Source: Vitrella brassicaformis CCMP3155 (taxonomy: Eukaryota; Protista; Chromerida). Taken from it: a DNA stretch of 62,664 bases. Shown here one piece after another: positions 1 through 11,895 of this stretch. The stretch covers positions 1-62,664 of the forward strand of contig CDMY01000506.1 in the NCBI GenBank assembly GCA_001179505.1, in the 5' to 3' direction. The notes beneath the pieces were generated by a model, which ran no database searches, was not told the DNA's origin, and saw only the letters and a program-made list of their open reading frames with translations. Numbering within the stretch: position 1 is the stretch's first letter; each line of letters begins with the position of its first letter. Position numbers and translations under genes: made by a program.

Positions 1-3000
1 GGTCCTGGTCTCATCCTCGCCCACACTTGCAATGCCCTTGAGCACCTCCTCCTCGCTCAGACGACAGGCGGCCATGACGCCGTCCCTTGGCGGTGCGTCG
101 TCCATGATTCGTGCTCGTTCCGCGATGAGCTTGAGTCCGTCCTCGAGGCTCATGACGCCGGCGACGGTGGCGGCCACGTACTCGCCCAGGCTGTGGCCCA
201 TGACCACATCGGGCGTCACACCACGGCTCCGCAGCAGCTCCGCCAACGAATACTCGACCGCGAAGATCAGCGGCTGGGAGAACCGAGTCTGGTCGACGAG
301 CTTCTGCATCTTTTGGCGCTCCTCCTGGTCGTCGCCCGGGAAGAGAACGTCGAAAGCCTTGATGGGCGCCATATAGCGGTCAAGGATGCCGATACATTGG
401 TCGAAGCTCTGCTGGAACACCTTGTCGTTCTCGTACAGCTCCTTGCCCATGTCCAGGTGCTGGGACCCCTGGCCTGTGAACAGAAAAGCCACTTTCTTCT
501 TCTCGGCCTTGACGGGCACATTGGCCGCCTCGGTGGACTTGGTCGCCGGAGGCCTGTCCACCGCGGGCGCCTCCTCGAGAATGACGTGGGCATTGGCGCC
601 ACCAAATCCGAAGGAGCTCACACCGGCGAGGAGCCGCCGGCCGGGGGGCGGTATGAGTGGGAGGGTCTCAGTGGGGAAGGCGACGGGGAGGCCCTCGATG
701 TCGATGTGCGGATTCAGGGAGCTGAAGCGGAGATTGGGGGGCGTCTGCTTCATCTGCAGCACGAGAACAGCCTTGAGCACACCCGCAATACCCGCCGCTC
801 CCTCCAAGTGGCCCATGTTGGTCTTGAGGGCGCCCAGCACAAGAGGGTGCTCCGACTCCCGCCCTCCCGCAAACACGGCCTTGAGCGCGCCCACCTCGAT
901 CGGGCCACCGAGGGACGTACCCGTGCCGTGCGTCTCGATAAAGTCGACTGATGATGGTTGGAGGCCGGCCTGGCGCAGCGCCGACCTGATGACCTGCTGC
1001 TGGGCCGGCCCGCTGGGGGCTGTCAGGCTGGCTGCCCTCCCCCCGTGGTTGACGGCCGTGCCTCTCAGGCAGGCCAGCACGCCCACCGAGTCGGCGGATG
1101 TGTCGGAAAGTCGCTTGAGGATTATGGCGGCCCCACCCTCACCACGAACATAGCCGTTGGCCGACGTATCGAATGTCTTGCATCGGGCGTCGGGAGCCAT
1201 CATGCGCGCCTTGCAGAACGCCACCGTAACTTGCGGGTTGAGCATCAGGTTGATGCCGGCCCCCACACACGTGCTGCACACGCCTCGTCGGAGGTTGGAG
1301 ACGGCGGTGTCGAGGGCCACGAGTGAGGATGAGCATGCCGTGTCGACCGTCATGGATGGCCCCTGGAGGCCGAGAATGTAGGAGATGCGGTTGCTGAGGA
1401 TAGATGCGGCGGCCCCGCTGGTGCTGTAGCTGCTCACGCTGAGGGCCGTTTGGTTCTGCACGTGGTGCCAATCGAAGGAGCAGCAGCCGACGAAAACGCC
1501 GATCTGGCTGCGCATGAGCGTCTGCCGCGAGTAGCCGGCATTGTGGAGCGCCTCGTAAGAGACTTCCAGCATGATGCGCTGCTGGGGGTCCATGGTCTTG
1601 GCCTCTGCGGGGCTGATTCGAAAGAAGGCGGCGTCGAACATCTCTGCGCCGTCGATGAAGCCCCCCTCCCGGATGTACATTTTGCCCTCCATGTCGGGGT
1701 CCCCATCGTAGTGCTCGTCGACGTTCCAGCGGGTCAGCGGCACCTCCACTATCGCATCGCCGCCGGTGCTCAACAGCTCCCACAGCGACTCCAGCGACGA
1801 GCTGCCGCCCGGCAGACGGCACGCCGCACCCACGATGGCGATGGGCTCGTCTGCCCTGATGCCGCCCACCAGTTTGCCGCCCTCTTGTGCGGCCTCCTCA
1901 ATGGCGCAGCCCTCCAGCTCGCCGACGAGGAAGTCGATGATGTCATTCGTCGTTGGGTAATTGAAAATAAGCGTCGGCTCGATGTGCAGCGACAGCGTCT
2001 GGGACACGTTCTCGGCAAACTCCACCGCACCAATGGAGTCGACACCCAGCTCGTGCAGAGGCGCGTCGAAGTCGAATGTGTCGGTGTTGCCCAGGATCTT
2101 GGCCGCCGACGCCAATACTGCTGACTGGACCATCTCCCTCCTCTGTCCGATGAAGAGGCCCTGGCCCGTTGCCTCCTCCTGTGTCGCAACGGAGCCGCCA
2201 GACGGCCTCGTCCGAGCAGCTGGGGAATCATCATTGTCTCCTCCTGCGGCACACTCGGCTACTGACGCCTCGTTGGTGGGTAGGTGAGCTGCTGCGGCCT
2301 GCTCCTCGTTGTCCGTGTCGGGCTCAGCCACAACCTCATCCCAGATGAGGCCCGCCAGCACCATGTTGAGGAGGAGCTCACGCGTCTTGAACCGACGAAC
2401 TTTGCCTGACGAGAGGCAGCGACAGAAGCCAAGGACAACAACGCTTGAATCTGACATTGTCTATCGGCATATGTGTACGTCAAATAGACGTACCTGCTGT
2501 TGTCTTTGGGATGGTTCTTGGTTCGAGCAGCCATATGTGGAAGACGGGAATCCCCACCTTGGCCGAGACGGCCTTGCATATCTCGCGGCCGACTTGCCTG
2601 TATTGAGCCCCTTTACTGGTGAACGCCTGCCACAGCCCCGAGAGCCATCCCAACGTCCCCGTCCCGTTGTCCATCTTGATCTCGACCGCCAGACCCAGCC
2701 GCTCGCGACCATCCACCTCCAGTGAGAACGCCGCCACGCACCCCTNNNNNNNNNNNNNNNNNNNNNNNNNNNNNNNNNNNNNNNNNNNNNNNNNNNNNNN
2801 NNNNNNNNNNNNNNNNNNNNNNNNNNNNNNNNNNNNNNNNNNNNNNNNNNNNNNNNNNNNNNNNNNNNNNNNNNNNNNNNNNNNNNNNNNNNNNNNNNNN
2901 NNNNNNNNNNNNNNNNNNNNNNNNNNNNNNNNNNNNNNNNNNNNNNNNNNNNNNNNNNNNNNNNNNNNNNNNNNNNNNNNNNNNNNNNNNNNNNNNNNNN

Positions 3001-4882
3001 NNNNNNNNNNNNNNNNNNNNNNNNNNNNNNNNNNNNNNNNNNNNNTGTCGGGAAGGTTGAAGTAGCCACGGGCCGTGCTGCCAGACATGACCCACACCTC
3101 GCCGCGACGGCCCTCTGGCAGCTCCTTCAGAGTCTCGGGATCAACAATTCGAACTGAAGGAAGCAGTCGGTGATCGACCGGCGTTGGTCATGGTGCGGTG
3201 TGTGTGTGTACCGTCTATCCCAGGGAAGGGCACGCCACATCCGACGAGCCTCTGGTAGCCGCCTGCGTCCATGTCAGCTTCATCCACCAACTCCACCACA
3301 CCCTGGCCACACACACAGTCGGATGGTTGTCTCGTGTGTAGCCAGCCCATTCGTTCATCATGTACTTGGCTCCTCAATTTTTTGGCGTCGACGTTGATGA
3401 TGAGCGGCTCGCTATCGATGCCTTTGCGGCCTGTCACGAACAGGGTGTTCTCAGCCAACCCATACGCGGGAACGAACATGCTTCGACGCACTCCTTTGCT
3501 CTCAAATTTCTGTTCAATAAGTCACATAGAGTGCGCACAGACAGCCAGGGTGCTCATGAATCCTACGTTCTGTCGACAGCTAGTTTGCTTGCCGCACGCA
3601 CGTACCTTGATGAAGTTGTCCACGGTGGCTACTCTGATTGGTTCTGCCCCGCACAGGAACCCCATGACGTGGCTGAGGTCCAGCTCGTGAAACACGCTGT
3701 CGGGCATCTTGCGCGTCACGAGCTCAAAGGCGAAGTTGGGCGCACCACTCACACACGCCTTGTAGCGACTCATGCCTGCGTGAATGCGAACGGCACACAG
3801 ACCAAAAGCCATGCATTCAGGTTAATCACCACGAGACTCGTGCAGACAGGCACCCCACCTTGCAGCCAGAGGTAGGGCTTCCTGACGAAGTCGAGCGGTG
3901 AGATCTGGAAGAGCTCACATCCAAAAAAGATGGGCGAGCAGAGGAAGCCGATGAGCCCCATGTCGTGGTAGACGGGAACCCAGGAGAAGAGCCGCAGCCG
4001 GTGGCCCCGCACCCGCTCGCTGATCTCGTGACGCTGCATCAGGATCTCGCGCGTTCTGGTGTACGTGATGTTGGGAATGGTCGGGTCGTCGATGTTGCTG
4101 TCACAGCCGGGGGCTGAGGCGCAGCAATGGACGTTGTGCAGCAGCGACCCGTGCGTGACCATCACCCCCTTGGGCGCCGCCGTCGACCCCGATGTGAACT
4201 GCAAAAAGGCAATGTCACTCAAGCCGATGGACGGGGGGGTGAAGGACGCCTCGGGCTTGTCGTCTGCGGCCGTCCGCTTGAATGCGTCGCTGGTGAGGAT
4301 CCACTCGATGGATCTCCACCTGTTGTCCTTGGNNNNNNNNNNNNNNNNNNNNNNNNNNNNNNNNNNNNNNNNNNNNNNNNNNNNNNNNNNNNNNNNNNNN
4401 NNNNNNNNNNNNNNNNNNNNNNNNNNNNNNNNNNNNNNNNNNNNNNNNNNNNNNNNNNNNNNNNNNNNNNNNNNNNNNNNNNNNNNNNNNNNNNNNNNNN
4501 NNNNNNNNNNNNNNNNNNNNNNNNNNNNNNNNNNNNNNNNNNNNNNNNNNNNNNNNNNNNNNNNNNNNNNNNNNNNNNNNNNNNNNNNNNNNNNNNNNNN
4601 NNNNNNNNNNNNNNNNNNNNNNNNNNNNNNNNCCTCGGTGAGATAGGCGCCGAGCCGCTGCACCTTCCTGAAGAGCTCCCTGTATGTGAACACCTCGGCC
4701 GGCTCCCCATTGCCGTCGAGCCATGTGATGGCGGGATGCTGTGGTATCTCATCCGCCCACTTGGCGAGGGCTGTGCCGAATGCCGACGCCCCATAAAGCT
4801 GGTGCAGCTGTGAGAGATCATGAGAGATTGGTCGGGGAGGGACCTCCATAGCGCTGATCGATGTGCTGTGAGTGTCGGCCAT
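1..4882 (-). CDS. Type I PKS/FAS with FAAL loading module: FAAL-ACP-KS-AT..., continues beyond the window start
   Basis: FAAL (4882 to ~2410): FLQFTSGSTAAPKGV, SWVPVYHDMGLIG, PAYGLAEN, GEVWVMSGSTARGYF, IPKTTAGK. ACP: LGVDSIGAVE (~2030). KS (~1860-560): EPIAIVG, MDPQQR, DTACSSS, HGTGT, GHLEGAAG, SSFGFGGANAH. AT: FLFTGQGSQ, GHSLGEY (~190). Several introns and two N gaps fall in the FAAL part. Confidence 0.96.
2746..3045. other. Assembly gap (300 N) within the PKS FAAL region
   Basis: Run of exactly 300 N. Confidence 0.99.
4333..4632. other. Assembly gap (300 N) within the PKS FAAL region
   Basis: Run of exactly 300 N. Confidence 0.99.
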
Positions 4883-5463
4883 GCCACGAAGTCCAGAGCG
4901 AGCGCAGCTGGGCTGCTTCCAGACACGACGCAGCAGCGAGCCGATGCGGTCTTGCCTGCCGTTTCAAGGGAACGAGGACAGACAGCGAGTTCGCGGACCA
5001 TAGAGAGGAGGGAGACCGCCGTCTTGAAGTTCGATCTGTGATGGATAAGTCGGGATGGCTGGTGCAGGGGGGCCTTGAAGGCGGCGGCTGCGGAGAGGGT
5101 GAGCAGCAGAGATGGGAGCAGCCGGAGAGGAGGAGGGCAGGCGTCAGCAAAGGGATCGGTCCGCCAGCGCCTCCTCGGCGGCTGCATGGCAGAAGCTGGT
5201 GACGCAGCCCTCTCCGTGGAGTGCCAGCGCTGCCTAATGGACGGTATCATTTATATACAGATCTCCAATATGTTGGAGCTTGTGATGAGTTGGTCGCCTA
5301 GGGTGCTCCCTGAAACCGCTGCTGCGGAAGGAAAGCACGAACGCTCCGTACGGAATTGGACATCGTATGCACTTGACATGCACTAACGTCCATCTGTATG
5401 CACCAACAACGTCCGCAGTCCGATGGACATTAAGTGATTGATAGACAACATAACATAAAGCCA

Positions 5464-5560
5464 TCTGTCTGTGTGTCTGTGTGTCTGTGTCTGTGTGTCT
5501 GTGTGCCTAGGTGCCTGCCTGCCTGCCTGCCTGCCTGCAGTCAGTCAGTCAGTCAGACAG
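5464..5560. repeat. Compound microsatellite (TGTGTC)n-(GCCT)n-(CAGT)n-(CAGA)n
   Basis: Tandem short repeats visible between the PKS 5' end and the 3' end of the next gene. Confidence 0.9.
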
Positions 5561-5765
5561 ACAGCACATTAACTAACGTGCCCAGCCACTGACTGCCCCA
5601 TTGATTGATTCATCTCATCTACTGTACTGGTGGTCTTGCCCAGCACGTGCCAGCCAGCCAGCCAGCCAACCTAAACACATGCAGACGGAAGACAGAAAGC
5701 CCTCTGCCAGCGTGGCGTATCATCCCTATCAGGGTCCCCCCATCGTGTGATATCATCACTCACAT

Positions 5766-7587
5766 CTATGGCGTCTGTCCGTCGAGAAGGATGAGTGCGA
5801 AGGGGCCAAATGACCGCCGGGCCAGCCATGCCGAGCGCCGGTACCTGACCGGGAAGGGGTCGCCTGGGTTGCCCACCGGCTGCTCCGTAGTCCCCAGACT
5901 GACATTCACTGCCGCAGCACACGGACAGAAGGGCCTGCTTGCACGAGACGCCGTTGGCTTTGCCCTTGCCCTCCCTCCGCTCACCGGTCTGACGGTCGTC
6001 AGGACCGATGATGAGGCAGATCGATGCGATGAACGGGTCGTCGAAGGCCGTCAGCAGGTGGACCTGACACGCAATCCCACCGGGCCCCTCCTCCGTCATG
6101 ACGGCTGTACATCCCTCCAGAGATGTGCGGGGCGACCGCGTCAGCAGGCCGTCCAAATAACCGCCCCTCGCCCCACTGCATACACACACGCACACATACA
6201 TGGAAACAAGGACGGAGAACACTCTGCTTCTCCCATGTATGACGCTACGTCCCGTTCCCCCACACGACGTACCGATCGATGTTGATCTCCGTGGCGTGGA
6301 TATCGACGCCACCGCTCGTGTAGTGGCGGGTAATCATGGCCACGATGAAGGCGCTCAGCGATGCGGAGGTGAATTCACCCCCGCCTGCCACCCACTCTCC
6401 GTCCTCCTCGGCGTCATACGCGATGGTCGATCGGACGGGCGGGTCGTCGTGCTTCATGTGCTGTTGGAACGGGTGCTGCTGGAAGGGATGCACGTGATCG
6501 GTGGGGAGGGGTGGGTTGAGGGTGAGGGCGAACTCGTGCTCGTCGCGGATGGCGCGGATCTCATTGCTGGCGGGATCGTGGAACAGCTCGAAGGTGCCGT
6601 CCTGCTGGCCATCAGCGCGGCAAAAGACCACGTGCCGACCGACAATCAACCACTGGGCTGCCACACGGGGCATCGACAAGTAGGCCTGACACACACACAG
6701 ATGCAGACGCATGGCAGATGATGCACCCTATTCTCCCCCTCTTGTGTGAGATGCTCACCATCTTTGTGTCGTGCTTCTGCAGGTCTCCGGCGTCGATGGG
6801 GATGGGCAGCTGACAGTACCCATACTGTGCCGCCAGTCACAGCCCTTTTCCCACCTCGCCCCAGCGGCCGCCCTCCTCCATCAGCCACAGGGCCTCCACC
6901 ACACCGCCGTCACCCAGCTGGGGAGCGAGCCGCACCACACCCGTCAGACCCGCCTTGTCAATGGCGTCGGTCAGTCGGCTGCGGAGGGCATCTCGGATGT
7001 GGCTCTTGATCAGTCGCGCGGTCGTCCTGAGGCGGCCCACGCCCGGCAGGTCTGTGGATGTCTGCAAACGAGCCACGGCGTCGGCCGGGAGGTCCTCCAA
7101 CTTGGCCTGACCAAGGCAAACGAACACACAACAGACACGCGGTTGGTGACACACGATTGGCGAATCACTCCCGTGTATCGTGTGACGGTTGGCTGACCGA
7201 TGCGTCAGTGCGCGGCTGAGGGAAGGTGGCCGACTTGACAAGCGCCTTCAGCGTGGCCTTCAGCTTGGCATACTGCTGCAATGCGGCTATCATGTGAAGC
7301 GAACAATCCTGCATGCGTGACAAACACGCAGCAGGGGCATGTGCGTCTGCCCTTGTTCTGCCGATGTCGCTTCGTGAGTGCTGCCTGCCTCTGGAGGTGC
7401 GTACCTGCGATGAGAGTGCTGATGGGTCCAGTGCGGACAGGCGGTACATCAGACAGCTGATCTGCATGAGAAGAGAAAACAAGCGTGGCCTGCCTTCCGG
7501 TGAGGCTGCCGATGGATCAATTCCATGATTGCTGACCTCCGAATGCTCCTGTTCGAGCCCAGTCATGGTGGGAGCCCGCATCACCAT
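5766..7587 (-). pseudogene. Multi-exon hypothetical gene (lineage-expanded-type family) with one in-frame TGA at 6837-6839
   Basis: Six exons join in frame through canonical GT-AG sites: MVMRAPT...ALSSQ/DCSLH...TDAS/AKLEDL...EVGKGL*LAAQYGYCQLP...HDTKM/AYLSMPRVAAQWLIVGRHV...IDR/GARGG...DRQT/VNVSLGTTEQPV...LLDGQTP. Only one internal stop is present. Confidence 0.7.
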
Positions 7588-7732
7588 TTTTCTCCTCCCT
7601 TCTCCCCTCAAGCGTTACTCGACCAGCCCTACACCCTGGCGGTAATTTCGCTTCTGTTTGAGCCTTTGAAGGGCAGTGGAGGCCTGCTGGCGCGTAGTTA
7701 GAGTCAGGTGTCGCAGCATCTCTGTCGGCGTC

Positions 7733-9860
7733 ATGTCTGCGAGTCAGCCCATCTCGGTCAAGTTCGAGGGCTCTGAGGACACTCTGACCATATCAGAGGC
7801 CGTGGCGCAGCAGTACACCTTCTTCCAAGCCGTAAGGAACCGATCATGGCACTGCATGTGCTGCTGGGTGCAAGATCTGACTGCCTTCGTGTGTGTGTTG
7901 TGCTCCAGTTGGTGGACGGCGGTTTCCAGGAGTCGGCTGAGCGGACAGTGACGCTCAAGGAAATCTCTAGGCCAATCGCTGCCGTCGTGCTGCAGACGAG
8001 GAATGACATGCTGAGAAGTGTCACGCGAGAGGTACGCGCTTCAAGCAATAGATAGAAGGATGCCATTCATTCATTCATCTGTGTGGTGTGCGTAGACTAT
8101 GTTGGAGTGTTTGGCAGCCCTCGATTTCCTGGACCCGAAAGACAAGCCCAAGCTGCTGGACGGAATCAGCAAGAAGGTGAGTGGACACACACGGAAGGAG
8201 AGAGGGAGGGAGGGAGGGCAGGCAGACGTAGCAGTCGGTGTCGTGTGTTGTGTCTTCTGCAATGTGTCAGATCCTGCGGAACCGGTGGCAGGAAGAAGGG
8301 CGCCTCTGTCGCAGGATACTGGACATGGCCTTCAAGAGACCCCTCATTCGGTAAGGAACGAACCTTTTTGACTGATCCCTGCAATGCATGTGCATGTCAC
8401 TTGCCGCGTGTGTCGTCCCTCGATTGATTGATTCAACAGGGATCTGCTTAGCAGCAGCCCTGAGCTGACGCAAGCGTGTGCGCCCTACTTGGTGGAGAGT
8501 GGCAGCCGGGTGGCCGCGCAGTGGACGGCAACGGCATCTGGCGAGGAGGGCAATGATGGCAGTATGAGGGGCTTCGTTGTCGACGTGCTGCAGCGCCTGA
8601 ATAGTCTGATCGAGGACGGCACGTGTGTGGTCAAGCTCGATACCCTCAAGCGCTTCCTCACTGAGGCCACGGCCAGCACCAACTTCAACGAAGCGGTACA
8701 CACACTTGGTTGGGGTGGGATGTGTGGCCAGACGAACACATGAGGGTGTCTGCAACAGGCAGCTGCGACATTCGAGACGGAGAAGATGGCCTTCGACTGT
8801 GAGATTCGAGTGGCCAACCCCGGCCGCTCGACAACCACCGCGAAAGGCTTCACCGTGGGACTGCAGTCGTCTCCGGACTCATGCAAGGGGTTGGGCAGGC
8901 ACCGGATAACCGAAGACCCAGAGGACGCCGACGACGACGAACCCAGCGATGGCAAGCTCCTGAGGAAGGTCCGCCGCATAGAGGTGTCTACTCTTCCGTC
9001 GAAGCGCCACAATGAGGCCCTATTCTGCTACTCGTTCCGCACGAGCTACTCCATCGACTGTGGTGACGACAAGACGATCAATGAGGAGGACAATAACATT
9101 GCAATGGACCACGTCGACCCTGAGACAGACGCATCTATGCACATGTTCAGCCTCGGGGTGCTGGGCAGCGGAGAGCGTATGGGCGTCACTCATGTATTTC
9201 CATTCAAACACCACGATGCATTCAGTGACAGGGAGACGAAAACCAAGGACATCCAGGCCACAGTGACGATCCGCCAGCTTCCCATGAGGTGCGTGGCTGT
9301 AGGACACTCCATGGATGAATGGATGGATGGATGGTGTGGTGTGATGTGGTGGTGTTCAGGTGCCTCGTGCTGTACTGCCTGCGGCTGATGATCATGGAGG
9401 GACACTGGGATGACATTCAGGCCATGGGCAGCGCCATTACGGACCAGGTAGCTGTAGTATCGACAAGTGGCCTCACAAGACAGAAATGCCACTTCCCTGG
9501 TCATTCGCGCAGGTGTCTGCTTGTATGGCTGCCTATCTGGCCCGCGTCAAGGCGCCGGGTGTGTCTCCTCTGCGTGTGCTGACGTCATGGCTAGCCGGGA
9601 GAGAGCCTAGCATGCCCCTGCACGACTTCTCATTTGCCCAAATCTGCAGGGCGGCGGTCACTGAGGACGTCTTCAACGCCCACCGCAGTGATGTTGTCCC
9701 CTTCATTCGGACTGTGGGTCGCCTCGGCCCTCTGGGCATGCTTGTCGATCATGCAGACGGCTTGATGGCCACCATCCTGGCGTCGATCCTGGAGGACAGC
9801 GGGTGTGATGCGGTGGGGGAGGGAGGGAGGCCACACAAAAGACGCAGGGTGGAGCTGTAG
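7733..9860 (+). CDS. BTB/POZ (Skp1-like) domain protein
   Basis: The N-terminus PISVKFEGSEDTLTISEAVAQQYTFFQA/LVDGGFQESAERTVTLKEISRPIAAVVL/TMLECLAALDFL resembles a BTB fold (the GGFxES...L.EI pattern). Eight exons join in frame. The protein ends in basic HKRRRVEL. Confidence 0.7.
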
Positions 9861-10407
9861 AGACGGATAGACGGCGAGATAGAGAGAGAGACCGATAGAA
9901 GGTGACAACTGGCGTTTGTGATTAGTGTGTAGATAGACTCGTTGCTGATCAGTAGAGACAGACAGATTTATGTGTCAGCTGATTGGTATCGCAAGTGTGC
10001 GTGGACAACTCACCGACACATCAATGGCTCACGAAACCGACGTGAGCGCGTGACGTATTACAGAGCCTTGAGCCCAAAGGGGCCGTCCTAGTTCAATTTG
10101 CCAGTCTTTCAATGAACGATAGCTGTGGTACTGCACTGCAGACGACGGGGAACGAAACAGAGACGACGCTATGATACATGGACTGATCGGTCAGTCCTGA
10201 CCGACCTACCCACGATGGCTGACATGTACATAAAACACATACGTACCTACACACACACAAACAACTGTCGTGCTGCAAATAAACACAACAAAGCTGCACG
10301 AAAAAGGGCGCCACAAAAAGGATAAGTACACCTCATCACATACATGTCTCCAACGCACCAGCGCGTCAGTAAGGAAAGACCCACGCATCAAGACCATCTG
10401 TCGTCCA

Positions 10408-11325
10408 TCAGCAGTCATCACAGCCGCCCCCGCAGCCACAGGCGCGTATAGACGACAGCGAATAGTAATCAAGCAACTCTATGTCGGCAAATATCTGTGT
10501 GTGTGTGATGGTCGCACTCGGCGGCACAACGTATTGACGTCTCTCCCCTCTGCGCATGTCCGCGAAGGCATCCTTGATCCAGTCTTTGAAGTCGCGTAGG
10601 TCGTGGCGAATGTAACTCCAGCGGTAGGATTGATGGCCCTCATCGAAGCCGGTTTCCCACTCGTAATGGTTGTATAGGACCTGGTCATCGTCCGTTGGCT
10701 TGCCACCGTGTCCCTCGTGGATTGTTTTGTAGCGCACCCCAGACGGCAGCCGATTGAAGCCTTGTGCGTCCCACACACTGACAAAAGAAAGAAACCAAGG
10801 GCGTATGAGCCACATGTAAGTACGTAATGAGTGGCTGTTGGTCTGGTCTGTCTATCTTACTCGAACGCTGCACCGGGGAAGAACTTGATGTGATGCCAAT
10901 CTGCCGCTTGGATGCGGTGGCGGTCGCCGTGTACAGACACGTCGAACCCACCGATGTGGCCGTCAGCATCAGCAGCGGCCGGATAGACGTGATGGCCATC
11001 GAATACACCGATGGGCTTGTGGGTCCTCATCGAATACACCGTCGGGCGCTCAGCCACACCTGCAGCCCACACAGGCACGCAGACACGCGCACGCACACAG
11101 ATGCACCATGACGGGTCGCTGCAGCACTAACTGTGCGCTGTTTGTTTCCTTCCCTGTCATGCATTGCATGCTTGCTCACTCACTCTGTGCATGTTGTGTC
11201 GTCTTCCCTTCCGGCAGCGTATGGATGCGGCTCATGCGGCTGGCCCAGGCCGCCTCGGGCAGCTGGAAGCCGCTGATGCCATGGCCTAGCAGGGCCAAAC
11301 CAACGACAGCAGGAAAGACTCTCAT
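10408..11325 (-). CDS. Divergent FKBP-type PPIase-like protein with signal/bipartite leader
   Basis: Three exons (11325-11184, 11060-10860 approx, 10778-10408). Leader MRVFPAVVGLALLGHGISG|FQL. FKBP-like segment LPSGVRYKTIHEGHGGKPTDDDQVLYNH...WIKDAFADMRRGERRQYVVPP...IFADIELLD. Cys-rich tail CGCGGGCDDC. Confidence 0.72.
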
Positions 11326-11895
11326 CGCAGCAACAGTGCACGATGTCCTGTCCTGCGCCGCCTTTGCACCGGCCCTGACGCACGCAGACGTCAGATCTTT
11401 GTCTGCACTGGTGTAGTGGCCACTCTGGTGCCTCTCAAATGCGCAGATCTTGAAAAAGATGATTTGGGAAGATTGACCTTTCCTAAGCTCGCAGAGTCGG
11501 CCGGTTCTCTCTTGGCGCTGATGGTTTAGTTTTCGTTTCCTTGTCCATTGATCTATTCGCCTTCGTGCATGCAGCTGCTGAAAGCCGGCGTGTCTGCACT
11601 CATCTGAAAAAAAAGCCTATGCGTCATCCCTGGGCCAGTACCAGCTGTCTCGTCTCAGGTCAGGCATCAGGTCCGGTGTACGTGGAAAAAAGCATGCAGG
11701 TGGCCCACCTACCTACTGATAAACGTGGACAAGCAGAACAGTGTCACGTCGCGTCAACACCAATACAATGCATGTCGATGAATGAAAAAAGTGGCAGGCA
11801 CCTACAAAAGATCCACGTGCACGTGTGCACATCCATGTACGTCCAACACGGCAATGTGTTGGGGAGAAGGCTGAGCAGGGGACATATCATCTCTC

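Noticed and set aside
32-2287. Long plus-strand ORFs (e.g. 193-951, 386-1153, 1450-2124)
   Set aside because: They are antisense shadows of the GC-rich PKS exon and have no independent motifs
2461-4813. ORFs running through X stretches
   Set aside because: Artefacts of translating 300-N gaps; the same applies at 14.4-15.1, 35.3-35.8 and 55.2-56.1 kb
5464-5560. Tandem repeats as a CRISPR-like array
   Set aside because: Simple microsatellites without unique spacers in a eukaryotic context; no cas genes
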